A stretch of 64,000 nucleotides of DNA from Octopus vulgaris. Lineage: Eukaryota. The translations under genes were made by a program, and so were the position numbers. Below the pieces are notes generated by a model. The model did no database searches. It was not told where the DNA came from and worked only from the letters and a program-made list of their open reading frames with translations. Shown piece by piece: positions 14,448 to 27,620 of this stretch (position 1 is its first letter; every line of letters begins with the position of its first letter). The stretch covers positions 33,728,001 through 33,792,000 of the forward strand of contig OX597834.1 in assembly GCA_951406725.2 (NCBI GenBank), read 5' to 3'.

Positions 14448-14685
14448 GGCTGAACATATGAATGTATAAATATACGTACATATATACATGTATATATATA
14501 TTATGTATGTATACATGTAACACCCACACACCCATATATATATACATACATGTAAATATGTGCGTATGCACACTCACACACATGACACACACACACACAC
14601 ACACACATACACGTGCATATAATTACAAACTTATATAGTTAGAGACGTGCATTCTCATATAAGCAACATCACACAGAAATAACTC

Positions 14686-14729
<44 letters not shown>

Positions 14730-15160
14730 ATTGCACACAAACACACACACACACACACACCATTGCACACAAACACACACACACACACACACACACTCAC
14801 ACACACACCATTGCACACGGGTCTAAGAGAGGAGGGACAAGAAACTCTATGTAAACAGACAGAACTTGTCTCTTTGGAAAGTTATTTCGTTCGATAATTG
14901 GATTTTGGCATTTGGCAGATGTGTTTTCATCCATGATTTGTTGAAGTGCCTGCTGCAGAAGAAAATGGTTAAAAACATGAAGACAACCAAAACTATTCCG
15001 TGGGGAGGCATGTACGTAACGTGTGTGTGTGTGTGGGTGTGTGTGTGTGGGTGTATGTGGGTGTGTGGGTGCCAGTTTGTTACCCTTGCTTTTTTTCTGT
15101 TGTAAACACCCTGAAAGCCAAACGTATATAACAAATGATTGTATATATGTGTGTGTATGC

Positions 15161-15248
<88 letters not shown>

Positions 15249-15593
15249 ATATATACGTATATATATACATACATATATATATACATGCATATGTATATAT
15301 ATATATATATATATACATATATACATTATATGTATATATATATATATATACCTACATGCATACATGCATACGTACATATATATATATATGCACGTATATA
15401 CATGCGTACATATAGACATACATATGTACATAATTACATACATACGTATATACATACACGCACATACATACATACATACATACATAAATACATACATACA
15501 TAATTACATGCATACATACACACATACACACATACTTACACAAATTGTAGCTAAATAAATGAATCGCTGAAGTTTTCTCTTGCGACTCTGTTA

Positions 15594-15632
15594 GATTACT
15601 CTGAAGACTTTCGAGAAGAAGCTCCAGTAATC
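15594..15632 (+). ncRNA. Hammerhead-like motif with non-canonical stem III
   Basis: gattact CTGAAGA ctttcgagaa GAA GCTC C agtaatc; perfect 7-bp stem I; A15.1-U16.1 pair absent. Confidence 0.35.
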
Positions 15633-15640
15633 AATTTATT

Positions 15641-15659
15641 TAATAATAATAATAATAAC

Positions 15660-15729
<70 letters not shown>

Positions 15730-15741
15730 TTAATAATGATG

Positions 15742-15784
<43 letters not shown>

Positions 15785-15785
15785 C

Positions 15786-15829
<44 letters not shown>

Positions 15830-15881
15830 TAATAATAATAATAATAATTATTTTTTTTACTTTAAAAAAAACATTTTTATG

Positions 15882-15936
<55 letters not shown>

Positions 15937-15958
15937 TGATGATAATAATAATAATAAT
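15641..15958. repeat. (TAA)n microsatellite
   Basis: Seen directly. Confidence 0.95.
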
Positions 15959-15960
15959 CA

Positions 15961-16580
15961 CTTCGGTATGGAGCAGGAATTATGAAATGGCAAAATAGGG
16001 AAGTGAAGAAAATGGATACCAAGACCAGAAAAAATGTGAGCAGTACACGGAGCCTTCCACCCTAAGAGTGACACCGATACGGTGTACTTGTCCAGAAGAA
16101 AGTGTGGGAGAGGTTTTAATCAGTTGCCAGGACTGTATCGAATTAGAGGAAAACAGCCTAGAGTGGTATATAAAAAATGCCGTGGAGCCGCTTTTGAAAG
16201 ACGCTGAGAAGACCGGCGTTATCAAAACTGAAAATTGTGTAAAGAAAGAAAAATTTAACAAGGAATGAACAAAAAAAAAAAAAAGAAAAAATGGTCAGTT
16301 TGCAAGAGATGTGAACACCAAGACAGATACAGAAGCCCGGTGACTATAGATGAGGAGGAGTGACCTGAAGATAGAGATAGAAGCATTCATATGCGACGCT
16401 TAGGAACAGGCATTAAGGACCAACTATATGAAGTGCAGAATAGACAACACAGCCGATAGCGACAAATGCAGAATGTATGGTGAGAGGGGTGAAACGGTTG
16501 ACACATTGTTAGCGAATGCCCGAAATTGGCACACCGTGGATACAATACAGCTAACCACAGCACATACCCAAGGCACACAG
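15961..16580 (+). pseudogene. Dong/R4-like non-LTR retrotransposon remnant (RT thumb/linker and zinc knuckle)
   Basis: Frameshifted translation LRYGAGIMKW..KMDTKTRK, HGAFHPKSD..VYLSRRKCGRG, EQALRTNYMKCRIDNT..DKCRMYGERGETV; begins at the (TAA)n edge. Confidence 0.85.
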
Positions 16581-16584
16581 AGCT

Positions 16585-16985
16585 GCGCTCGGTAGTGAAG
16601 TGAAAGCGCGGGAGTCCGGATGGTCCCTGTGCAAAGACAATCCAAACAAGTGTTGTAAAGGGTGACCGATAGAGCGGAAATGGCTAGAGACCGGGGTGTC
16701 GTTACTGTGTCTGATGTCTCGGAGGTGTTCTGCCAACCGGTCAGCCAAGCGGCGTCCCGTTTGGCCGATGTACAGAGAAGGACAGAGAGAGCAGGTGATG
16801 CAGTAGATGACGTTGCTAGAAGTGCAGGTGGAGGAGGTGATATGATAGGGTCGATGATAGGTGCCGGTGAGGATGGTGGTGTTGGAGAGGTAGGTTGGAG
16901 GGGTGTTAGGTGAGGGGAAACGGGAGACGAGTGACGGGTGACGGTGGGACGGGTGCGGGGGAGAGAGCAGCTGCACTATCTACGG
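16585..16985 (-). pseudogene. Penelope-like element GIY-YIG endonuclease remnant
   Basis: ORF 16551..16976: TCTSSNVIYCITCSLCPSLYIGQTGRRLADRLAEHLRDIR..PVSSHF. Confidence 0.9.
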
Positions 16986-17438
16986 AACGTGCTCTGGCAA
17001 GAGCAATGTGGATAGTAGTGAGAGGATATATATATATATATACTTGCATGCAAATTAAAATGAGTTTTTGCACTCTAGTCATGCGTCATCAATGGCCTTT
17101 CAGCTGAGCTTGTTAAGTTACGTACGGTTTTACATAATACACACACATCGATATACATACATGCAAACATATACCAGACGATGTTTATATGCAGACATAT
17201 TTTTGTTTATGTATGTGTGTGCGTGTGTAAGTATATATATATATATCTGTGTGTTTAGGTATACTAACGTGTATTACCATTTGCTATGCATTTTGATGGC
17301 TTCCGCACACACACACACACACACACACTCAATTTTCTCTTATACAGGTTTTTGGGGGCAGGATATATATCATCATACACATACATACATACACACATAC
17401 ATGCATACATACATACATACTTATATGCTTATATGAAT

Positions 17439-17496
<58 letters not shown>

Positions 17497-17583
17497 GTGT
17501 GTGTGTGTATGTATGTGTATATATATATATATATATATATGAATTACTGTTGATAATTACAAAACAAGTATTTAGGACACAAA

Positions 17584-17652
<69 letters not shown>

Positions 17653-18050
17653 CATAACCAATGAATGATAAAACCTGCGTGTGCTTAAAATTCCGGATGC
17701 CGTAAACATTATTTTCAAGTGTTTCGTTAACTAAGAAAGAAAATTAAGAAATATCTGGTGGCATGTTATGTATAGTGAAACCAAGTTGGAATAGGATACA
17801 GTGCTGAACGGTTTAGCTTGTGTCTTAATTATTGAGTGTCAAACAAACGAATTCAAATTGCAGCAGGTTCAGTGGGTGTCATTTTGATGTGTTATACGAG
17901 ACATTGAAAGAGCATAAGTAAAATAAAATATTCGAGGCGAATAATTGTTTATAACGTAATTTCAATGTCAGAAATTTTGCAGGAAATGGAAAATGGAAAA
18001 TGCCGATTATATCGACTCTAATATTTCACATATCTATGTATGTATGTATG

Positions 18051-18138
<88 letters not shown>

Positions 18139-18364
18139 CATATCAAAGGGAAATGGAAATTAATTAAAATTTACATTTCCAGTGGTCAAACGTGTAAAAA
18201 GTTTAGTCAAAAAGATTATATATTAGTCATACGATATAGTGTATATTTAAACACATAACAAATCCACATATAGGAATTCACCACGCTAGAAAGAACAGCT
18301 AGGTTCGATAACAACAAAAATTAGGGATAAAATTCGACAGGAACGAATTGAAAAATGAAAAACA

Positions 18365-18394
18365 TTTTACCATCTAGGAAACTAGATGGTAAAA
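18365..18394. other. Perfect 13-bp hairpin with GAAA loop
   Basis: TTTTACCATCTAG GAAA CTAGATGGTAAAA. Confidence 0.9.
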
Positions 18395-18542
18395 GACACA
18401 CATACACACACACATTTAGACATACAAATACACACATACATAGAAAGACGCATACATGCAAAGACACACGCATATATATATACACACACGCACATACACA
18501 AACATGCATACAAACACACACGCGTACGTATGAATGCGCATC

Positions 18543-18857
18543 TGGGTTCAGTGCCACCGTGTGACACTTTCGGCAAGTGTCTTCTACAATAGCCTCGGGC
18601 AGACCAAAGCCTTGTGAGATTTGGTAGATGGAAACTGAAAGAAGCCCGACGTACATATATATGTATATATCTATGTGAGTGTGTGCTTTTTTGTCCCCTC
18701 ACCGCCGCTTGACAACCGTCCCTGTTACTTAGCAGTTCGGCAAAATAGACCGATAGAATAAGTGCTGGGCTTTTAAAATACAAGTCTTGGGGTCGATTTG
18801 TTCAACTAAAACCCTTCAAGGGGTGCTCCAGCATGGCTGTAGTCAAATGAGTGAAAC
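18543..18857 (+). mobile_element. SINE family B copy
   Basis: Homology to 2332-2725. Confidence 0.85.
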
Positions 18858-18895
18858 ACACACACACACACACACACATACACACACATACACAC

Positions 18896-18957
<62 letters not shown>

Positions 18958-18959
<2 letters not shown>

Positions 18960-19730
18960 CTCGAGCCAAGCCAGATCTATATCCACGCAAAACAATAATC
19001 TGCGTTTGGCGGAATCAGGAAGGACTAATCTACTACGAAATGCTTGAAGGCAACCAAACGGTTAATGCAGGGTTTTATGTTCATCAAATGCACCAGAGCA
19101 ATGCGCCAATACAGTTGAAACGGCTCGGAAGGAACCATGTCCTGCTTCTCCAAGACAACGCTCCTTAGTCGCTAATTTGACCCAAAATAACCATTCAAGG
19201 TCTCGATTGAAAAGTTCTGCCGCACCTCCAAATATAGCGCCTTCATATTATTTTTTTCTTTTTCAGTTGCTCTCCAACAGTCTGCGATGCATTTCGATCG
19301 ACAACGACGGGGCCTGTGGTGTCTACCGTCACGGCAGTGGTTCTCAAACGGAATCCACACGACCTTTATTGTCCGTTTAAGATTTTGCTGTTAAAATTTA
19401 TGTGCAGTAAACTGGTTTTTACTTCTAGAATACACGAACTGTTTTAACAATTTTCTTTAAATACAATTCCTAATAATATTTAATTATAAAAAAAATATAT
19501 AATAGGATTTTTGAAACATCGAATGGCTATGGGGACCCACCAGAGTAAAATAAAGATCAAAGGGGTCCAGAGATAAAAAAAAAAAAAAAGATGGTTGGGA
19601 ACCGCTGATCTAGTGGAACACTGGCAAGAAGTCTTGAACAATGAAGGAGAGTATATTCTTGACAAAAACTAACGATTAACATAAATGGACAAAAGAACAA
19701 AGCGAACGGATTTATCTGATAACCCAAATA
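18958..19730 (+). pseudogene. mariner (DD34D-type) transposase 3' remnant interrupted by a MITE
   Basis: KPDLYPRKTIICVWRNQEGLIYYEMLEGNQTVNA..LLLQDNAP; after the MITE VEHWQEVLNNEGEYILD; TIR-like end TTATCTGATAACCCAAATA. Confidence 0.85.
19335..19607. mobile_element. hAT/Charlie-like MITE
   Basis: TIRs CAGTGGTTCTCAAAC / GTTGGGAACCGCTG; no clear TSD. Confidence 0.7.
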
Positions 19731-19789
19731 ACGCAAAACCTCGAAATGTGTTTCAGTGAGCAAAATGTACCTCATGAAAAAATATATAT

Positions 19790-20185
19790 GTTATCTTTTA
19801 TCATTGGTCATTAGACTGCGGCCATGCTGGGGCATCGCCTGGAAGAAATTTTAGTTGAATGAATCAACCCGAGTACTTATTTTTTAAAGCCAGATACTTA
19901 TTCTATCGGTCTCTTATGCTGAACCGCTAGGTTACGGGGACGTAAACGTACCAAAAGCAGTTGTCAAGCAATGGGGGGGGGGGGCGACCAGAGGCGCGCG
20001 CGCGCACACACACCCACACCCACAACGAACTTCTTTCTGTTTCCGTCTACTAGATCCACTCACAAAGCTTTGGTTTGCCCGAGGCTTTGGTAGAAGACGC
20101 TAGTCCAGGGTGCCACGCAGAAAGACTGAACCCGGAACCAATTGGCTGGGAAGCAAGCTTTTTACCAAACAATCACGCCTTGCGC
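19790..20185 (-). mobile_element. SINE family B copy
   Basis: Reverse-complement homology to 2332-2725. Confidence 0.85.
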
Positions 20186-20327
20186 CTGTGTAAACAAATA
20201 CAAATAAAAATAAGATATAAACTTCTAACCATTGACTCCATCGACCGTAACTGAATAACTATGGAAGACTCGAATGTCTGAATTTACCCAGGCGAGTTAA
20301 CAATCACTGAATATAAATGCGTGAGCT

Positions 20328-20514
20328 GAATAACTTACGATGTTTCAATACATCTTAATATCACATGACTCAACTGTCTCTAAGCGTTATTGAGCTTCCA
20401 TATTTCAGTTCTGGCTCATGAATAACTTACAATGTTACAATATACCTTGGTATCACATGACTTAACTGTCTCTAAGCGTTATTGAGCTTCCATAATTCAG
20501 TTCTGGCTCATGAA
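20328..20514. repeat. About 92-bp tandem duplication
   Basis: GAATAACTTAC...CTGTCTCTAAGCGTTATTGAGCTTCCATA.TTCAGTTCTGGCTCATGAA occurs twice. Confidence 0.9.
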
Positions 20515-20812
20515 GCGACTGGTTACACTTTTTATTTTCTTTATTTGTTTTTAACGACACTTATCTAATGTTGTTCGCAGAAACTAATGTTTCGTGCCTC
20601 GGTAATAAATAGATTCATTTGGATAAAATACTTCAGCTTTGTCAAACTTTTTCTTTTTGTTTGCTTTCATTTTAGACAGTTTAGTCTATATAATTGAGCT
20701 ATAAAAAACTTTTAGTTGCTTCTTAACACTCTCCTAACTACATGCTTCGGAATTTATTTGTTCTTTAACGTTACTTTGGCAAATAACACCTCACACACAC
20801 ACACACACACAC

Positions 20813-20868
<56 letters not shown>

Positions 20869-20901
20869 CATATGTGCAAATCTGTATGTATCTCTTTCAG
20901 A

Positions 20902-21000
<99 letters not shown>

Positions 21001-21429
21001 GTGTGTGTGTATTGCACAATAAACAAAGCTGTTTATTTATTAGTTTGAAGTATATAACTTTTGCTAAAAGAAAGTAATTTATTAAAATTTATATTATCTA
21101 GAAAATCATTATAAATTCCAATGTGGTTTTTCAAGATTATTTTATCATTGAAGACTAATCGAAAACTTATTCACTTAATTCACTGCGAGATAGCGTTTTT
21201 TCTTAAACACCGCAACCCTGAATTCTCTCTCTGTTTTATCCCCTCTCTCTTACACTCAAATCAACAACATGAGATCTCTTATACGTTCCTAATAGTTCAT
21301 TTTTTTACCTCTGAGATCACTGCTCGAGTTAATCTGAAGTAAGATGAACGGAAATGAAAAAGTATTTTCCAAATCTGTACATCTGTAATTGTGTGATTAT
21401 ATAGATTATGATTATTAAAATATAAACAA

Positions 21430-21940
21430 AGGCAACGTGCTGCCAGAGTCGCTAGCACGTTGGACTTGATGCTTAGCGGCATTTCGTCCGTCTTCACGTT
21501 CTGAGTGCAAATTTCGCCGAGATCAACTTTGCTTTTAACCATTCGAGATCGATAAAATAAACACCAGTTGAACACTGGGGTCGATGTGATCGATTTACTC
21601 CCCGCCCCCCGGAGTTGATGGTTTTGTGACAGAATGTGAAATCAATATTAAAATGTACACACACACACACGCCTGTATGTGTATGTAGGTATGTATGTAT
21701 GTATAAGGCGGCGAGCTGGCAGAATCGTTAGCACGTCGGGCGAAATGCTTAGCGGTATTTCGGCTGCCGTTACGTTGTGAGTTCAAATTCCGCCGAGGTC
21801 GACTTTGCCTTTCATCCTTTCGGGGTCGATAAATTAAGTACCAGTTGCGCACTGGGGTCGATGTAATCGACTTAATACCTATGTCTGTCCATGTTTGTCC
21901 CCTCTATGTTTAGCCCCTTGTGGGTAATAAAGAAATAGGT
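21430..21940 (+). mobile_element. Two SINE family A copies (21430-21650 old; 21706-21938 young, TSD-like AGGTATGTATGTATGTAT)
   Basis: GGCGGCGAGCTGGCAGAATCGTTAG head, GAGTTCAAATTCC B box, AAAGAAATA end. Confidence 0.9.
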
Positions 21941-22417
21941 ATGTATGTATGTATTCATGTATGTATGCATGTATTTATGCATCTATATATATATATATAT
22001 ACATATATATATCGTAAAATCTTTTATGATAATATGGTGAATCAGGTCAGTTCAAACTAAATATATCTCCCTCATTGTACATATATATATAAACCACTAA
22101 AATGTGACCTTTTCGAACTTATAATTTTCTGTGTATATATATATATAGATACAATACCAATATTCCTCTGAACTATTTAATAATTCTTTCTGTAAACTGT
22201 TTTTAACATTTTCTTATTATTATCAAAGAATGTATATATATATGTTGTAATCTTTTGTGCCCAATATTTGAATGAACTTGTTAAATTTTTTTATATTTTC
22301 CCACGATTTTCCCTTGTAAACTGTTTTTAACATGTTCTTTTTATTATCAAAGAATGTATATATGTATTGTAATATTTCGTGACAACCAGGACCTAACACA
22401 ACAAAGCTTTTACAAGT

Positions 22418-22461
22418 TACCTTTGACAATCTTTTTCTAAAAAACTGAAACCGGTCAAGTG
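22418..22461 (+). ncRNA. Decayed minimal hammerhead motif in a Penelope-like 3' end
   Basis: tacct TTGACAA tctttttctaaaaaact GAA ACCGGT C aagtg; palindromic stem III ACCGGT; followed by AATAAA and (TA)n. Confidence 0.4.
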
Positions 22462-22496
22462 AATAAACATTTTTAAAATTGCGTTTTCAAACCCTC

Positions 22497-22563
<67 letters not shown>

Positions 22564-22814
22564 CACATATATGTATATATACGTATAGACGTATGTTTCT
22601 TTGTTTATGTATGTGTCCTGTACCATCGATTGACAACCGGGGTTGGTTTGTTTACGTAAAGTAGCGGTTTGGCAAACATATGCTGATAGAATAACTACCA
22701 GGCTTAAAAATAAGTACCGGAGTCTGTGTGCCCCAGGAAACCTTTGAAGGTGGCACCCCGGCAAAGCTACAGACTAATGACTGAAACAAGCAAACACTAA
22801 AGGATATATGCACA

Positions 22815-22855
22815 CATGCGCACACCCACATACATACATACATACATACATACAT

Positions 22856-22886
<31 letters not shown>

Positions 22887-22922
22887 TAAATACATGCATA
22901 CATACATACATGCTTATATACG

Positions 22923-22953
<31 letters not shown>

Positions 22954-23044
22954 ATATACATACATATACGTACATATATATATATGTGTGTGTATGTATG
23001 CATGTATGTATGTGTGTATATATATATATATATATGCATGTATG

Positions 23045-23075
<31 letters not shown>

Positions 23076-23076
23076 G

Positions 23077-23148
<72 letters not shown>

Positions 23149-23300
23149 TGTATGCATGCATGTATGTATTAGTGTCTCGAAAGTGAACCATTTCCCACGG
23201 TCCGTCAATTTGACGCCCAAATGCGTTGCGCCCACAACAATACATACGTTACAGCATAGTAATATAACACGACACACCTCCATCCATCCATAGCACATGC

Positions 23301-23332
<32 letters not shown>

Positions 23333-23732
23333 GTACACACACACACACACGTACACACACACATAAGTACATACGTTTATAAATTCATACACCCATACAT
23401 ATGTACATACATACATACATACATGCATACATGCATGCATGCATGCATATATACACATACACACACACATATACACACACGCGCACACACTCGTACATAC
23501 ACACATAGAGATGCATATGTATATAAATTTATACATACATGCACTTACACTCCGACAGACATACGCACACACGTACTTTTATACGTACATACATATATAT
23601 GTGCATACATGCATATATATGCAAACACACACACATACATACATACATACATAAATATATACATACATATACACACATACATACATACATACATACATAC
23701 ATACATGCATATATACGACATACATACATGCA

Positions 23733-23766
<34 letters not shown>

Positions 23767-23870
23767 CATACACACACACACACACATACAAACATACATA
23801 CATACATACATACATACATACATACATACATACATACACATACATACATACATGTATATATACACATAAC
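22815..23870. repeat. (TACA)n/(TA)n/(CA)n compound microsatellite region
   Basis: Seen directly. Confidence 0.95.
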
Positions 23871-24179
23871 CACGTTAACCTAACACTCGACATCTTAACT
23901 AACATCATTCTACCCGATCCCTAACCGTCTATCCCTTTTCAACAAGTGATTTACGCGTTCCTAAAGGTCACATTCTCCACCCCAGCTCCACCCCTCGATC
24001 CACCCGTTTCTGTTTTATCCAATGCGATGCAGCCGTTTGTTCCAGGACATAAAAACCAAGCTTTTTTTTTTGGCGACATTTCCGCTGCAACACTCCAAAT
24101 GACAACACTGCCAGCGAGCTTTCGAAACCGTTTTTGTCTTTGTTTCCATAAATCTTTAGTCCTTAATCTTTAATCCTTT

Positions 24180-24510
24180 GTCTTATACTTGTTTCGGTTA
24201 TCGGACTGCGACCATGCTGGGGCACCGCCTTGAATGAATCGGTCTTAGTCCTTATTTCTTTAAGCCTTGGTACTTACTCTATCGGTCTCTTCTTTCCGAA
24301 CCGTTAAGGGAACGAAAACAAACCAACAAACCAACACATATATATATACACAAAGGGCGTCCTCAGAATTTCCATCCACCGAATTCACTCAATAGATATT
24401 CGATCTATTGAGGGGGTTATAGTAGAAAATAGTTGCCCAAACTGCTTATCGTAGAATTGAAACCGTGAGCATGTGGTTGCAAAGTCAGTTTCTTACCCGC
24501 ACAGCCATGC
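24180..24510 (-). mobile_element. Degenerate SINE family B copy
   Basis: GACTGCGACCATGCTGGGGCACCGCC tail and decayed head. Confidence 0.7.
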
Positions 24511-24767
24511 CAAAGTTTATTGTTTCCTTTGCAGAATTCCTGTCAAACACTAACAACGTCACGAGGCTCTTTTCTGCAAATCAAGGCAGCTCTTGGAGTT
24601 CGTGGTTACCCGAATTGGTTAATGCGTGTGCGGGCCTGTGTTTGTGAGCGCATGTGTGTATATGTCTGTGTCTATGCATATATGGGTGTCGTGTGTATAA
24701 AGGTATAGTCGTGCAGTGATTGTGCAGGCCACATGCTACTTTATTATGCAAGTGTGTTTCGTTACTG

Positions 24768-24812
<45 letters not shown>

Positions 24813-24916
24813 ATGGGGCGCTTGCGTGCGTGCATGTGTGTGTATATTTCATGTGTATGCATAAGTGATTGTGTATAAGCCCTTTCGTTTTTCAGAAAAC
24901 ACTCTTCGCTTCAATT

Positions 24917-25850
24917 ACAAAAGAAAAGCAACATTATTAAACCAAACGAAAGCAACATTATTAAGCAAAGCAAAAAAACAAAACAATATTAAGCAAAGAG
25001 TAAGCAGCATAATTAAACAAAACGAAGGCAACATTATTAAGCAAAACGAAACAACATTATTAAACAAAACAAAAGTAGCATTATTAAACAAAACGAAAGC
25101 AACATTAATAAACAGAACAAAAACAATATTATTAAACAAAACGAAAGCAACATCTATATATATAAAACTGTAGTTGTGTGAGTGTCTGTCCCCTTCGATT
25201 TAGATTCCTAACTACTCCCACATTTTGCGGTGCAGTTTAACCAAATTCGGGTATCTTATAGTCGTGATTCATATCGAGCCCGTCTGAGTATTAGCGCGCG
25301 TCTACGATGAGTCTACGATTTAAAAAATAATTTAACATCATTTTTTATTCCATTTTAATGCATAATTTTTCGTGTGTCGATGGCGGCGGAGTTGGCGTCC
25401 ATGGTCACACCTGCACCTGTTTGCTTCTCCCCCTTCTTCCCTCCCTCGTGAAGCTGTGGGGAAGGGCGTGTAAGGAAATCAACGTCGTAAAGCGTTGTCA
25501 AGGAGACCAGCGTTCTTTTAGAACAACGACTTCATGCCTTGAAGACACCAAAACAGAAATGGCTAAGAAAGCCCGAATTGGCATCTATAAGGGAAGTAAC
25601 TCTCTAAAAATGTCTACGATGAGTCAACTATTTTTAATGCATTTTTTTGCTATTTTTTGGCTATAACTCTCTAATAATGCTTATATAGTTATTTCCCTTA
25701 CAAACCCGAGCAACGCCGGGCGATACTGCTAGTCTTAAAATAAAACGAAAGCAACATTATTAAGCAAAATGAAACAACATTATTAAACAGAACAAATTAA
25801 TGAACAGAACAAAAGCAATATTATTAAATAAAACGAAAGCAACATTATCG
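24917..25850. repeat. About 24-bp minisatellite (AAACAAAACGAAAGCAACATTATT) split by a Helitron
   Basis: Units at 24917-25152 and 25735-25850. Confidence 0.9.
25153..25732 (+). mobile_element. Non-autonomous Helitron
   Basis: 5' TCTATATATATAAAA, 3' hairpin CCCGAGCAACGCCGGG (25705-25720) then CTAG; inserted between host A and T of the minisatellite unit; no TSD. Confidence 0.9.
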
Positions 25851-26299
25851 GTTCCAAATTTTAGCACAAGGCCAGCAATTTCGTAGAAGTGGGTTAAGTC
25901 GATTGCATAGACCTCAGTGCTCAGTTGCTACTTATTTATGGACCCTGGCAGCATTTGAACTCAGAACGCAGATCCAAAAGAAATGCCCTGAAGTATTTTA
26001 TCTGACGCAGCAACGATTCTGCTGTCTCGTCGCCTTGGACGAAAACAACATTATTAAGCAAAAACTGAGCAAAGGGTAACAAATTAACACGTTACGAAAA
26101 TAAATGAAGTTTAAAGAATTAGAAAAAAGATTAAAAAAAACGAATCTCAAATAACAACAGATTTCGGTGCCAAATATTTTGATGTTTAGTCACGTGTTTG
26201 TGTTGACATAACATTTACTTAGTGTTAGTTGGGTTAGGCTGTTTGGCATATCTCATACAAGATTGTATAATTTTCCATGAGAAATCAATCTACAACGTA

Positions 26300-26450
26300 G
26301 GTGCAGGCGTATTAAGAAGTTTGCTTCCCAAACACATAGTTTCGGGTTCAGTCCCAATGCGTGGCATCTTAGGCAAGTGCCTTCTTCTATAGCTTCAGAT
26401 CGGCTTGTGAGTGGATTTGGTAGACGGAAACTCAAAGTTGCCCGTCGTTT
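26300..26450 (+). mobile_element. SINE family B 5' half
   Basis: GCTTCCCAAACACATAG..GGCATCTTAGGCAAGTG. Confidence 0.8.
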
Positions 26451-26484
26451 ATGAGGGGCTATATGATTTATAACTATATATATG

Positions 26485-26550
<66 letters not shown>

Positions 26551-26636
26551 CATATATATAGTTATAAATCATATAGCAGTTGTCAATAGTTATAAATCAT
26601 ATATAGTTGTCAATTGAGGAACACGATTGCCGCTAC

Positions 26637-26678
26637 ATAAACCTGATGATTGCGTAACACATGAAAGTATTTGTTTAT
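26637..26678 (+). ncRNA. Minimal type I hammerhead motif (partly decayed)
   Basis: ataaac CTGATGA ttgcgtaacacat GAA AGTATT T gtttat; perfect 6-bp stem I, weak stem II. Confidence 0.5.
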
Positions 26679-26913
26679 TTCAATATTGTGAAATTGTAAA
26701 ATTCTAAAAGTTGTAAATAATAAAACGTGCAAGTCAGTGCAAGTTGGTATTTCATTTATATATATATATATTTATATATATATATATTTATATATATGTA
26801 TATATATATATATAAATATATATATATATAAATATATATATATATAAATGAAATACCAAACCGACTTGCACGTTTTATTATTTACAACTTTTAGAATTTT
26901 ACAATTTCACAAT

Positions 26914-26919
<6 letters not shown>
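26679..26919. repeat. About 240-bp near-perfect palindrome centred on a (TA)-rich tract
   Basis: TTCAATATTGTGAAATTGTAAAATTCTAAAAG... mirrored by ...CTTTTAGAATTTTACAATTTCACAATATTGAA. Confidence 0.9.
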
Positions 26920-26956
<37 letters not shown>

Positions 26957-26974
26957 TTACATACATACATGTAT

Positions 26975-27236
26975 ATATTCTTTTACTTGTTTCAGTCGTT
27001 TGAGTACGGCCATGCTAGAGCACCGCCTTTAGTCGTACAAATCGACGCAGGACTTATTCTTTGTAAGCCTAGTACTTATTCTGCCGGTCAATTTTGCCGA
27101 ACCGCTAATTTAAGGGAACGTAAGCACACCAACATCGGTTGTTAAGCGATGGTGGGGTAGAGAAACACAGATACACATATACGCATGCATACATACATAC
27201 ATACATACACACATAATACATACATACATACATACA

Positions 27237-27330
<94 letters not shown>

Positions 27331-27425
27331 ACGGGCTTCTTTCATGTTCCATCTACTAAATCCACTCACAAGGCTGTGGTTGGTCCGAGGCTATAGCAGA
27401 AGACACTTGCCCAAGGTGCCACGCA

Positions 27426-27466
<41 letters not shown>

Positions 27467-27620
27467 ACGGGCTTCTTTCATGTTCCGTCTACCAAATCCA
27501 CTCACAAGGCTTTGGTTGGTCCGAGGCTATAGCAGAAGACACTTGCCCAAGGTGCCACGCAGTGGGACTGAACCTGGGACCATGTGGTTGGGAAGCAAGC
27601 TTCTTACCACACAGCCACAC
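26975..27620 (-). mobile_element. SINE family B copy with internal about 100-bp duplication
   Basis: 27327-27428 repeated at 27463-27564, each preceded by (TA)n. Confidence 0.85.

Noticed and set aside
14820-15020. Non-repeat island with an AG...GTAACG-bounded open frame (possible exon)
   Set aside because: Translation unrecognised, splice signals weak and no partner exons evident
18281-18345. CTGTCGA...GAAC on the minus strand as a hammerhead
   Set aside because: No closing stem I or II found
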